Virus record (IMG/VR): IMGVR_UViG_3300031992_000067
Location: 18,360 to 82,359 of that record
Reading direction: 5' to 3' (one strand)
DNA from: a virus
Taxonomy: Duplodnaviria > Caudoviricetes
DNA length: 64,000 nucleotides
Shown: positions 53,311 through 62,564 of the stretch, piece by piece
Position numbering within the stretch: position 1 is the stretch's first letter
Layout of the letters: the number at the start of each line of letters is the position of its first letter
Notes under the pieces: generated by a model
Database searches by the model: none
What the model was told of the DNA's origin: nothing
Seen by the model: the letters and a program-made list of their open reading frames with translations, nothing else
Program-made: the position numbers and the translations under genes

Positions 53311-56052
53311 ATGGCAACTCATGCGAATGAAGGGCCCGGATGGTTCTCCGGGCAGACTACTGAACTGGAAGGCAGAAAGTGCCTGAACGGGATGGGACCT
53401 GTGCCGGCGGACATACTGTTCGTAGACAAGGTCCCTGACCAAAAGGAACTGTGGCTTGTAAAGCCGTATACGTCCAAGCAGGCCCAGTTCCTGATGAAGA
53501 GGCTGAGGGACGCTGGGTTCCCAATAAACTCGGCGAGGTTCACGTACGCCACGCATCACTGTCCCAAGCGGTACACGGCTACGGAGGTAAACTGGGGCAA
53601 GCGCATGTTCCGGGAGGAGCTTGCCGCTGTGAATCCGGGTCTAGTTGTGTGCTTCGGCGCAGAGCCACTGAAGGCCGTAGTTGGAACGTCGTACCGCTGG
53701 GACGATGTTCACGGATGCTGGTTCACCCCGGACTCGATTCCTGGATGCCAGTTCCAGGTGTTCGCCACGTTCAATCTGGAGCAGGTGCTGTACGGACCTA
53801 AGTGGGACGAGTACTTAGATGCCGACATCAGACGCATAACAGACAAGCTCCTGAAAGTGCCTGACCCGACGCCGAAGTGCGACAACGCCGTGGTAACGTC
53901 CATACAGGGTCTGTCGTCGTTTGTTGACTGGTTCCTGTCTAGAGAGGGCGTTAAGACCGTGACACTTGACTGCGAGTGGAACGGTAAGAACTGGATGGAC
54001 CCGGACAGGTATTTCAGGACCATCCAGATCGGATACAAAAAGGGCAAGGTCATCACAGTTGAAATCGCCAGGGAAGGCGGTGAACGATGCTTCGATGAGA
54101 TTGACGAGAAGCTGATCTACCAGGAGCTGAAACGATTGCTTGAAAACCCGTCGGTTGGCATAGTTGGACACAACGTCATCGCCGACGGAGAGTGGCTGCT
54201 CAGCTACGGTGTCGACATACGGCGTAACGTCAGGTGGGACACCATGCTTGCCGAGCACCTGATAGATCAGAACGGGCCGTTCGGACTTGAGGCCCTGTCC
54301 ATGAAGTACACGCCTTACGGCAGGTACTCCACGGATGTGGAGGTGTGGGTAAGACGGCATCAGAACGAGAAGCTGTCTGACACGTCGGCGCTTGGCTATG
54401 GCTGGGTTCCAAGGAACAAGCTACTACAGTACGGCTACATAGATGTGGACGTGCTGTGGTACATACTGGACAAGCAGTTCGACATACTCAGGGAACGCGG
54501 GTGCTTCAAAAAGCGAGGCGTAAACAATGAGTATCCGAGCCTGCTGCAGACAGTTCTGGACACGCAGCGCGTGACATACGACCTTGAGATAAACGGGCTG
54601 CCGGTGGACATGGCCCAGCTTGACATGCTGACGGAGAAATACCAGGCCGCAAGGTCTGAAACTCTATCGAAAGTCATGCAGCTGGCCAGAGCCGCTGGGT
54701 TTGAGGACTTCAATCCCAGGTCTGTCATGCATCTTCGCAAGATGCTGTTCGATGTGCTGGGGCTGACGCCTGTAAAGACCACTGACGGTGACGACTGGGG
54801 AGAGGTTGCCGGCGAAATGGGAATGGACTCCGAGGAGGACGTGTCGGCGGCCACTGATAAGACCACCCTGCAGATACTGGAGGGCCAGCACCCGTTCGTG
54901 GACGCTCTGTTGGACTTCCGTCGAGTTGACCAGGTGTGCAAGACATGGCTCACCAAGGAGAAGGATGGAAAGCCGGCTGGGCTGTATGCCCTGCTGTGGC
55001 CGGACTGCGCCCTTCACCCGAGGTATTCCATGTTAACCACGACTGGCCGAATGAGAGTGTCGGCTCCAAACAGCCAGAACTTCCCGAAGGCCGCCGAGTC
55101 TTACTTGACCAAGATATTCGGAGAGGGTAATGAACCACCGATGATCCGCACCATCGTGAAGCCGCGCAATGACTGGATACAGATCGAGGCCGACTTCTGC
55201 GCTGCCGAGCTGAACATCCTCGGAAACCTGTCGCAGGACCCGAACATGCTCAGGGCGCTAAACACACCCGGGCTGGACCTGCATGACAAGACCGCGGTTG
55301 ACTCATTTGGACTCCTGATGTTCGACGAGAACGGCAAGGAGGTCGTAGAGGACGACCTGGTTCGGCTGGCCGCCGAGATGGGAGAGGAGTCTGACGATTA
55401 CCAGCACTTCATGAAGTCGCTGACGTATGTGGACAAGCAGGGCAAGCGCATGACAAGGTCTGAGATGAAAAGCTCCATACGTGTCATAGCAAAGAGCCTG
55501 AACTTCGGAATCGCCTATGGGCGTGGCGCTAGGGCCATTGCCCTGGCGGTCAAGGCCCAGACAGGGACAAAGGACCCGCTTGACTCGATAATACCGGGCG
55601 TGGCGGCGTCTGTGGAAGGCTGGAAGACAAAGGCGTATCCGACGGCATGGAAGTGGCTAGTGGACCACCAGCAGATGGTGTACAATCCGGGGTACGTTGA
55701 GAACCCGTGGGGCCGGCGTAGGTACTTCCACCTGCGACCTGGTGAGAAGAACGCGTCAATGGAGAGGGAGGCCGGAAACTTCCCCATCCAGAGCTGCTGC
55801 GCGGACTCCGTGCAGATAGCCATGGGAAGGCTGAAGAAGTTCCAGCAGGAGGCTGACTTCCCGTTCCGGCTGCAGAACCAGATCCATGACGCGCTGATGG
55901 TGGAATGTCCAAGGAACTGCATAGAGCAGGCCAAGGACGTTCTGAGGAAGTCCATGTCGGAGATAGACATCCCAATCCCGGGCACGTACAAGACATTCAG
56001 GCTCGGCGTCGACATCGACGTGTACGAGCGCTGGGGTGTTAAGATGAAGTAA
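53311..56052 (+). CDS. polA: Family A DNA polymerase with N-terminal UDG-like domain and 3'-5' exonuclease
   Basis: Exo I LDCE, Exo II HNVIAD, Exo III YGYID; TTTGR, motif A ADFCAAEL, motif B R..AK..NFG.AYG, motif C QIHD. Confidence 0.92.
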   Translation: MATHANEGPGWFSGQTTELEGRKCLNGMGPVPADILFVDKVPDQKELWLVKPYTSKQAQFLMKRLRDAGFPINSARFTYATHHCPKRYTATEVNWGKRMFREELAAVNPGLVVCFGAEPLKAVVGTSYRWDDVHGCWFTPDSIPGCQFQVFATFNLEQVLYGPKWDEYLDADIRRITDKLLKVPDPTPKCDNAVVTSIQGLSSFVDWFLSREGVKTVTLDCEWNGKNWMDPDRYFRTIQIGYKKGKVITVEIAREGGERCFDEIDEKLIYQELKRLLENPSVGIVGHNVIADGEWLLSYGVDIRRNVRWDTMLAEHLIDQNGPFGLEALSMKYTPYGRYSTDVEVWVRRHQNEKLSDTSALGYGWVPRNKLLQYGYIDVDVLWYILDKQFDILRERGCFKKRGVNNEYPSLLQTVLDTQRVTYDLEINGLPVDMAQLDMLTEKYQAARSETLSKVMQLARAAGFEDFNPRSVMHLRKMLFDVLGLTPVKTTDGDDWGEVAGEMGMDSEEDVSAATDKTTLQILEGQHPFVDALLDFRRVDQVCKTWLTKEKDGKPAGLYALLWPDCALHPRYSMLTTTGRMRVSAPNSQNFPKAAESYLTKIFGEGNEPPMIRTIVKPRNDWIQIEADFCAAELNILGNLSQDPNMLRALNTPGLDLHDKTAVDSFGLLMFDENGKEVVEDDLVRLAAEMGEESDDYQHFMKSLTYVDKQGKRMTRSEMKSSIRVIAKSLNFGIAYGRGARAIALAVKAQTGTKDPLDSIIPGVAASVEGWKTKAYPTAWKWLVDHQQMVYNPGYVENPWGRRRYFHLRPGEKNASMEREAGNFPIQSCCADSVQIAMGRLKKFQQEADFPFRLQNQIHDALMVECPRNCIEQAKDVLRKSMSEIDIPIPGTYKTFRLGVDIDVYERWGVKMK

Positions 56053-56076
56053 CCAACAACCAACAGGAGTAAAACC

Positions 56077-56487
56077 ATGAACAAGGTAGTTAAAGAGTAC
56101 GTGGAGCGTAAGATCCGTGAAGGTGCGCAGCCGACCATCGACAAACTTGAGAAAGCCAAGGTGGACGCGCTTGAAACAGCCTTTTCCGAAAACGAATTGG
56201 AGAAAGTCATTTTCAACAGCAAGGAGTACAAAGCTGTAAACGCGCTCATCCATAAGATCGTCAAAGAACATGGGTCGATCGTTGTGCCGTATTACAAGGA
56301 TGAACAACTCCTTCGTCTAAACACGCGTGTGAACTCGAATGCGGTAACCAAGGCAGAGAACGAGCTAAAGAGCTACCGAGACAAGGTTTGCAACGTTGTC
56401 CAGGAATCCCTCGTAGCGATAGAACTGTCCAAGTCCAAGGATGACGTGGACCAGTTGATTGCGAAAGCCGTGGCGAATCTGGTATAA
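56077..56487 (+). CDS. Hypothetical helical protein
   Basis: AGGAG RBS. Confidence 0.65.
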   Translation: MNKVVKEYVERKIREGAQPTIDKLEKAKVDALETAFSENELEKVIFNSKEYKAVNALIHKIVKEHGSIVVPYYKDEQLLRLNTRVNSNAVTKAENELKSYRDKVCNVVQESLVAIELSKSKDDVDQLIAKAVANLV

Positions 56488-56573
56488 TATTTCCCGCACG
56501 CTGATGGCCGGGTGGCTGTAGGCGTATGCAGGACAATGGGCCAAGGCCCGAACCACTAAAAGAAAGGTACAAC

Positions 56574-57902
56574 ATGGCATTCAACTTTGGAAATGCCCAG
56601 GGTTCCGAGGTGTCTCAGAACCGTCTCTTCAAGAACGGAGTAAAGTACTCCTTCCCCAAGGCCGACGAACGCCGGCCAATCACGTTTAGGATACTGCCCG
56701 CCTTCCCGGAGCATGATGGAGAACTCAGCGACGAGGACAAGGCGGGCTCTTACGTTCCAGCCGTGACTATGGTAGGTGGAAAGCCTGTCGTCTCCGACTG
56801 GATTTTCGCGCTGCGCGTATCGCGCTCGTATCAGAAGGGAGCATACCCAATCCTGTCCCGTACCACTATCATCGAGTTCGACAGCGACGGTACTCCTGTC
56901 CAGCAGGTTGATCCACTGACGCAGCTCCATGCGTTCATCCGCGGGAACGACAAGGACTGGGGATACATCGCCCATGACATCGGAGAGTGGGGCTCCAAGG
57001 ACCGACGAATCGCCAAGCTCCCGTACTGCCGCCCTGAGTACGTGATGAATGCACTCACCGTGGACGATGACAAGCCAGGCGTCAAGCTGGTCGTATTCAC
57101 GAGCAGCATGGCCATCGCGGACCTTGTCAGCACACGCGAAGGGCGCGAGGGAATCGCCGTCAAGCAGAAGCCCGATGACGGGTCCGAGAGCGACGACATC
57201 TTCCTGTATGGTGATATCACCGACCCGAACAACGCGCCGTTCTTCAAGTACTTCAAGGGACCGTCCGACGACGGCGGCAAGAAGGTCTACAAGATCGCGC
57301 TGTCCATGGAGACCGACCCGGTGTCCGGACGCCAGCGCATAGAGAAGGCCGGGCTGACTGGCGAGATGATGGCGCTTCGCCAGGACCTGGCGCACCCGGA
57401 GACCTACGTCAACGTCCCGACGCCGGAGGAGCAGATGCACCAGATCATCGCCGCCCTCAGCGGACGCAATGACGACGGCATCCACGAGTACGATCTGATC
57501 CGAGCCGCGGTGCCTGACTTCGCGTACATGGTGCCTGAGATGCCGTCCGCGCCTGGAGCCGTCAACCAGGTTCAAGGGGCACGTCTGCCGGCTGCCGAGC
57601 CTCAGCCTCAGCCTCAGCCTCAGCCCCAGCGTCAGTTCAAGCCGCAGACGGCCGCTGCGTCAACGCCTAGGTTCAAACCGGCAGCTACACAGGCAAAGCC
57701 AGTGACACAGGCAAAGCCCGCGTCCCAGCCCAAGGCCGCGACGGCGTCCACTCCGAAGTTCGTGCCGAAGACGGCCGGTGTTGCAAGGAAGCAGCCCGCT
57801 CCTAAGCCCCCGGCAGAGGAAATCCCCGAGGTTCCCGGAGAAGCCGGTGAATTCGACCAGGAAGACTGGGTGTCGCAGTACAACGCGTCTCAGGAACAGT
57901 AG
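56574..57902 (+). CDS. Putative single-stranded DNA-binding protein (gp32-like) with long P/Q/A/K linker
   Basis: FRILPA motif, acidic/aromatic C-tail EFDQEDW, position between polA and recA-like genes. Confidence 0.5.
   Translation: MAFNFGNAQGSEVSQNRLFKNGVKYSFPKADERRPITFRILPAFPEHDGELSDEDKAGSYVPAVTMVGGKPVVSDWIFALRVSRSYQKGAYPILSRTTIIEFDSDGTPVQQVDPLTQLHAFIRGNDKDWGYIAHDIGEWGSKDRRIAKLPYCRPEYVMNALTVDDDKPGVKLVVFTSSMAIADLVSTREGREGIAVKQKPDDGSESDDIFLYGDITDPNNAPFFKYFKGPSDDGGKKVYKIALSMETDPVSGRQRIEKAGLTGEMMALRQDLAHPETYVNVPTPEEQMHQIIAALSGRNDDGIHEYDLIRAAVPDFAYMVPEMPSAPGAVNQVQGARLPAAEPQPQPQPQPQRQFKPQTAAASTPRFKPAATQAKPVTQAKPASQPKAATASTPKFVPKTAGVARKQPAPKPPAEEIPEVPGEAGEFDQEDWVSQYNASQEQ
57600..57629 (+). repeat. 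(CCTCAG)x4 plus CCCCAG, encoding (PQ)5
   Basis: Read directly from the sequence. Confidence 0.9.
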
Positions 57903-57909
57903 GTGAACC

Positions 57910-59247
57910 ATGGCCAAGAGGCAGCTTAACACCCCCGAGAAGGGGTCTATAGCCGCGCTCATGGGAAGGATGGCGGAAATGTCCGGTCTAAAGGCCTTCA
58001 CTGGTGACGACTACTCCAGCGACTGGAGGTATCTCACCTTTGTTGACCCGAAGACCGGGCTTCCGTCCATAGCCCACGAGTATCTGGTTGGCGCCGCCGG
58101 CTTCAGGGCCGGCACAATCAACCAGCTCCGCGGTCTGGCCGGCACAGGCAAGTCGTCTCTGTGCATGCTAGAGTATGCATCCGCAATTCGAAATGGCGGA
58201 GCGTACTGCGCCCATCTGGAGACGGAGGGCGCCGGAATGCGCAGTGGTCGCATAGCAGAGTTCGGCATAAATCCAAAGAACCTTGTGATCCCGGACGACA
58301 CAAATTCGTTCGAAAAGGTCGTGGAGTTCATAGATACGCTTCGGTGCCTTATACGAGGAGGCGACGGCGGTTCCATAAACGATCTGGGACGACGCTCCGC
58401 CACCAAGTTCAGGCGCGAGGACGCCGAGGACCCGGACCGCACGAAACCGATACTGATAGGCATTGATTCCCTGTCTAACCTCGGCAAGGACGAGGACACG
58501 AAGAACGACATCTCCGACATGTCCAAGGCCAAGCAGCCTGGGTGGCTTCCGCGCCAGATAAAGGCGTGGTTCAGGGAGAAGGCCAAGAAGTACGAGCGAG
58601 ACTTGCTAACGTTGTTCCTGACGTCCCAGGAGACCACAAAGATCCAGACTGGCGGCGGTGCGTACCTGCCTCCGGAAAAGACCTCGGTCGCCGGCGACGC
58701 CATCAAGTTCTTCGACACGATCGCTATTGACATGTCGATAAAGGACTGGAAGGACGACAAGACCAAGGTCAAGCTTGGAAGGGAAATGACGCTGAAGGTG
58801 TTCAAGAACAAGCTAGCCGGCGGCGAGGGCAAGAAGGTAGTGTTCTACCTCACCAACCACGACGGCTTCGACATGATCCACACCGACGCGATGTTCCTCC
58901 TGGACAAGAGCGTGTCTCCGTTCGGAGAGGCTGCTGGCATATTCAAGGGGTCTGATCTTATAAGGAGAGATTCCGGAGGTATAACCTGCAAGCCGCTGAG
59001 CGACAGCAAGTTCAGGACCGAGGAGGAGTTCGTCAGGGCCTTCTACGACAACAAGGACCTTCTCTCCACCGTGAGAGACGGAATGCGCATCTACGGGTAC
59101 GGATTGCCACACGAGGACAAGTACAAGTCCAACTATGACAAGGACGGATCGTGGATCGGCGACGGCGAAGAGCCAAAAGAGTCCAAGCCTGAAGAGCCCG
59201 AGCCGGAAGAGCCACTAGAATATAACTCGCTCTTCAGCGTTGAATAA
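57910..59247 (+). CDS. RecA/UvsX-like recombinase
   Basis: GLAGTGKSS, HLETEG, IGIDSL, TSQ, GDAIKF, VFKNK. Confidence 0.85.
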   Translation: MAKRQLNTPEKGSIAALMGRMAEMSGLKAFTGDDYSSDWRYLTFVDPKTGLPSIAHEYLVGAAGFRAGTINQLRGLAGTGKSSLCMLEYASAIRNGGAYCAHLETEGAGMRSGRIAEFGINPKNLVIPDDTNSFEKVVEFIDTLRCLIRGGDGGSINDLGRRSATKFRREDAEDPDRTKPILIGIDSLSNLGKDEDTKNDISDMSKAKQPGWLPRQIKAWFREKAKKYERDLLTLFLTSQETTKIQTGGGAYLPPEKTSVAGDAIKFFDTIAIDMSIKDWKDDKTKVKLGREMTLKVFKNKLAGGEGKKVVFYLTNHDGFDMIHTDAMFLLDKSVSPFGEAAGIFKGSDLIRRDSGGITCKPLSDSKFRTEEEFVRAFYDNKDLLSTVRDGMRIYGYGLPHEDKYKSNYDKDGSWIGDGEEPKESKPEEPEPEEPLEYNSLFSVE

Positions 59248-59315
59248 CTGAGAATATCCCACCGGCCCCCGAAACCGCGCCACCGGACAAGGCGCGTAGG
59301 TAGGGGGCCATTCAA

Positions 59316-59391
59316 GGGCCCTTGGCGCAATGGTTAGCGCGTGGCACTCATAATGCCTTGGTTGCAGGTTCGAGTCCTGCAGGGCCCACCA
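59316..59391 (+). tRNA. tRNA-Ile2 (anticodon CAT, lysidine type; Met not fully excluded)
   Basis: 76 nt; GGGCCCT/AGGGCCC acceptor stem, A73, CCA; loop CT-CAT-AA; T-loop TTCGAGT; resembles bacterial Ile2 tRNAs. Confidence 0.85.
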
Positions 59392-59395
59392 TTTC

Positions 59396-59472
59396 GGACC
59401 GGTAGCTCAATAGGACAGAGCGTAGGATTCCTAATCCTAAGGTTGCGGGTTCGATCCCCGCCCGGTCCGCCA
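59396..59472 (+). tRNA. tRNA-Arg (anticodon CCT)
   Basis: 77 nt; GGACCGG/CCGGTCC acceptor stem, G73, CCA; TAGGA-TTCCTAA-TCCTA anticodon arm. Confidence 0.92.
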
Positions 59473-59487
59473 TTCAAGGAGAACATC

Positions 59488-59892
59488 ATGAGCGAGGGTA
59501 TGATAATCCTGGCTACGCTTCTGCTGTTAGCCATCGTAATGGCAGTGGTGTCGTATTTCAGACTGCGCAAGCCTGACGCGTATATATACGTGCCTGAGGG
59601 CGTGGCCATGGCCGAGTGGCAGTACAAGCAGCTGCCTATGCACGAGTGCAAGTTTTGCGGTTCGAAGGTAAATCTAAACAGGCACCACGTTATTTCACAG
59701 CTTGCCTGCCCGGAGAGAAAGAATGACCCGAAAAATCTGATCGTGCTGTGCCGGTCCTGCCACCAGGTGGTGGGGCATAAGAACAACTGGAAGAAGTTCA
59801 ACCCATACGTATCTGACATCTGTGAGAAGTACGGAGGTCCTCCGGTTGATTCAAAAGAGTGGAGACAGCAGCATGAAAATGCAGTTCACTGA
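59488..59892 (+). CDS. HNH endonuclease with N-terminal transmembrane segment
   Basis: TM IILATLLLLAIVMAVVSYF; CKFC...RHHV...NLIVLCRSCHQVVGH. Confidence 0.75.
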   Translation: MSEGMIILATLLLLAIVMAVVSYFRLRKPDAYIYVPEGVAMAEWQYKQLPMHECKFCGSKVNLNRHHVISQLACPERKNDPKNLIVLCRSCHQVVGHKNNWKKFNPYVSDICEKYGGPPVDSKEWRQQHENAVH

Positions 59893-60271
59893 GGAGCAGC
59901 TCAGAGGCGTGATAGCCGAGGCGTGTGGTGAATGGTACAGTGAGGTGCTTAGCGACAGGCAGGTCGGTACCAGAACGTCCACAAGAACACCAGCTGAGTT
60001 CGCGGAAGACTTCGTGAAGTATGTGTCATCCACATGGAACGACACAGTGGAGTGCCCTGTGATAAAGGTAAACTGCTGGTCGTGTTCGCGATTGCGAGGC
60101 ATCCCCACATGCTGCACGAACGGTGTAAGCACAAAGTACTGTGACAAGGGTCATATCGGAAACGACCCGGACTACAGTCTGCGCGCAAAGTGGTGCCCGG
60201 ACTACAAGCCGTCTGCGCGTGCCGCGGTTTACGCGGTTGCAGACTATAACCGCAGCAAGGAGAAGCAATGA
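59873..60271 (+). CDS. Hypothetical Cys-rich protein
   Basis: CWSC...CC...C...C. Confidence 0.6.
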   Translation: MKMQFTEEQLRGVIAEACGEWYSEVLSDRQVGTRTSTRTPAEFAEDFVKYVSSTWNDTVECPVIKVNCWSCSRLRGIPTCCTNGVSTKYCDKGHIGNDPDYSLRAKWCPDYKPSARAAVYAVADYNRSKEKQ

Positions 60272-60645
60272 AGTTTCGTAGATACCACCCGGCGTTCATT
60301 GAATTGGACGACGAAGAGGAGAAGGAATACCAGAAATGGCATGACGTCAACGGTGTCGCAGACTGCCTGAAGGTCGTATTCCCGGCGGGTCCGTATATTG
60401 CCTGTCATGACGGGATGCCTGAGGAGAAGGTGGTGTGTGTGGCAGAAGGGCACAAATACTTCATAGACCCGGATGCCACATCGTTTGTTTGCGGAGACAG
60501 CATGTACGTCCTAATGGACTACGCGCCTGATGGACGGTGGTTTGCAATCGGCTTCGTGGACAAATGTGACGGCAAGACCGTAGAATGGGACAAGGACCGG
60601 GAAGAGTGGAGGATAACCGATGGACTTCCAGACAAGCGATATTGA
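60268..60645 (+). CDS. Hypothetical protein
   Basis: ATGA overlap. Confidence 0.6.
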   Translation: MKFRRYHPAFIELDDEEEKEYQKWHDVNGVADCLKVVFPAGPYIACHDGMPEEKVVCVAEGHKYFIDPDATSFVCGDSMYVLMDYAPDGRWFAIGFVDKCDGKTVEWDKDREEWRITDGLPDKRY

Positions 60646-60937
60646 TAAAACCTCCAAACCGTGGGAATTCGCAAGGCCTATAAATCCAACTCCTTGGAGC
60701 TTGTATCTTTCGGCGCGCTCGCTCACCATTGAAATACTGGACAATAACGGTTACAAGGTTGGCGAGGTATGGGACAAGGCGAACGCGGATTATCTGGTTA
60801 ACGCCGCGAACACGCACATCGCTCTCTGCGAGGCCGTTCAAAAGTACAAAGCCATTGCGGATAGATACAAAGCCATTGCGGATAGATACAAATCCGAGTT
60901 CGGTGAACTGGAGGACTTGCATGACGGAAGACCCTAG
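60620..60937 (+). CDS. Hypothetical protein
   Basis: GGAGG RBS; contains a tandem duplication. Confidence 0.55.
   Translation: MDFQTSDIDKTSKPWEFARPINPTPWSLYLSARSLTIEILDNNGYKVGEVWDKANADYLVNAANTHIALCEAVQKYKAIADRYKAIADRYKSEFGELEDLHDGRP
60845..60892 (+). repeat. Perfect 21-nt tandem duplication (YKAIADR x2)
   Basis: TACAAAGCCATTGCGGATAGA twice, then TACAAA. Confidence 0.95.
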
Positions 60938-61271
60938 ATCAGACTTCGAGTCGCTGGTAACCACGATATGCAGCATCTACGAGCTGCGTGGGATAGGTGT
61001 CTCGTATGTCAAGGTATGCCGCGACATATGGGAGTGGCTGTTTGACCAGGACACGCTTGCGCCATTTGGAAAATCGTATAACTCAGCCGAGCAGTGCTTC
61101 TCGGAGGCAGATGTAAGGATACGTCATCGGATGATCGATGAAGACAAGCATCTGCACGAGTACACAATTACGATTAAGCCATACGGTGCCGACAGGAGAA
61201 TACCTGTAGGCATAAAGACGTCGGGAAACAATCCATGGTCGATAACCGTGGAATACAAGAAGGAGGACTAG
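60921..61271 (+). CDS. Hypothetical protein
   Basis: GGAGG RBS. Confidence 0.6.
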   Translation: MTEDPRSDFESLVTTICSIYELRGIGVSYVKVCRDIWEWLFDQDTLAPFGKSYNSAEQCFSEADVRIRHRMIDEDKHLHEYTITIKPYGADRRIPVGIKTSGNNPWSITVEYKKED

Positions 61272-61272
61272 A

Positions 61273-61542
61273 ATGAGCATGGCAAGTAAGTTCCGCTAAT
61301 GGAAGCTTGAGCACGACGAGTTCTGGTACATGTTCGTCGTGCCATTTATAATTGGCGCCGTGGCAATACCGACCATCGTTACAGTGGTGTACGCCGTGAT
61401 TAACACGGCATTTCTTAAAAAGGCCCTGCTGTTCGTGCTTGGCGCTGTGGGAATAGTATTTGCCGTATGGTTCGTCGGCCTGGTGCTATTCCTGCTGTAT
61501 GAAACCCTGTCGGGAATGTTTGACAGAACAACTGGAGAATGA
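61273..61542 (+). pseudogene. Small membrane protein gene interrupted by an in-frame TAA at 61297-61299, or restarting at ATG 61330
   Basis: AGGAGG RBS before ATG 61273; reads MSMASKFR*WKLEHDEFWYMFVVPF in one frame. Confidence 0.45.
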
Positions 61543-62258
61543 GAGTGAAAATGGAAGAAAAGAAGAAAGATACCGTTGATACTGCTGAAGCTGCGAAGCC
61601 GAAGCACATCAGAAACTACTCCAAGGCGCTCAAGATGATACGTGACTACCACAGGAAATGGCGCTCTGGAAAATTGACAAAGTTGGATTCGGAGACGGAC
61701 GAGCAGTTCGAGAAACTCGTGAAGGAACACCTGAAGGCCTGCGACAAGTCCGAGGCGAATGCCATCAGACGCCTTGAGAACGCCGACAAGGCGGGAAGGC
61801 TGAAGGAGATCGAGGCCGAGGTCAACTGGGGAAGCAACCGAGGCGTGTACGGGTATCAGTGCCACGCGCACGTCTGGGTGTCGTATGAGCACCCGGAGCA
61901 CGGCACGGCCAGCTCCCACGTCGAGGGACCGCATACCAACGGATGCGGCTACGACAAGGCCAGCACGGCGCTTAGCGACGCGTTCATGAGGCTGGACGCG
62001 CCCGGGCGCGGCGCGCTTGACCGGTGGGTGATCGAGGCCGGGGCCAAGGTCTGGGCCGAATACGCCATCGAGAGCAGACCGTATCCGCACTTCGAGTTCG
62101 GCGGAAAGGGAATGTCAACGTTCACTGGGATGTTCCACCGGCTAGGATGCAAGCACTACAAGGGCGACAAGTTCGCGTTCCCGAAGTTCGAGATCGACTA
62201 CCGGCAGAACAGGAACGAGGACTACTTCATCCACGTGATCCGAAAGGACCTTATTTGA
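61539..62258 (+). CDS. Hypothetical protein
   Basis: ATGA overlap, 239 aa. Confidence 0.65.
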   Translation: MRVKMEEKKKDTVDTAEAAKPKHIRNYSKALKMIRDYHRKWRSGKLTKLDSETDEQFEKLVKEHLKACDKSEANAIRRLENADKAGRLKEIEAEVNWGSNRGVYGYQCHAHVWVSYEHPEHGTASSHVEGPHTNGCGYDKASTALSDAFMRLDAPGRGALDRWVIEAGAKVWAEYAIESRPYPHFEFGGKGMSTFTGMFHRLGCKHYKGDKFAFPKFEIDYRQNRNEDYFIHVIRKDLI

Positions 62259-62270
62259 AAGAGGTATGGG

Positions 62271-62564
62271 ATGGGCATTTCGGTGTCCGTGCTTCTAAGT
62301 AGATATAAAGACTACGAACCAGACATTCTCGGTATATTCACGTCCCATGATACAATGAGGCCAGCGTTCGAAGCTGTTGTGGAAAATGCCCACAAACTAA
62401 GCGAAAACGAATTGTCTGACGCCTGGGACGACATGGTGGCAGGAGGAGGATTCGAATGTGGAAGAACCTTCTACTGGTACGAGAACCATACGCTGGATGA
62501 GTTGTCAGTTACTCTAATCAAGGAGGAGTACGATGGAAAGACAAAGAGAGACGATAGTGATTGA
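62271..62564 (+). CDS. Hypothetical protein
   Basis: GAGGT RBS. Confidence 0.6.
   Translation: MGISVSVLLSRYKDYEPDILGIFTSHDTMRPAFEAVVENAHKLSENELSDAWDDMVAGGGFECGRTFYWYENHTLDELSVTLIKEEYDGKTKRDDSD

Noticed and set aside
56556-57575. Long minus-strand ORFs antisense to real genes (also 8300-9208, 35820-36695, 4142-4915, 58011-58832)
   Set aside because: Shadow ORFs caused by GC-rich codon bias of the + strand genes; no recognisable motifs
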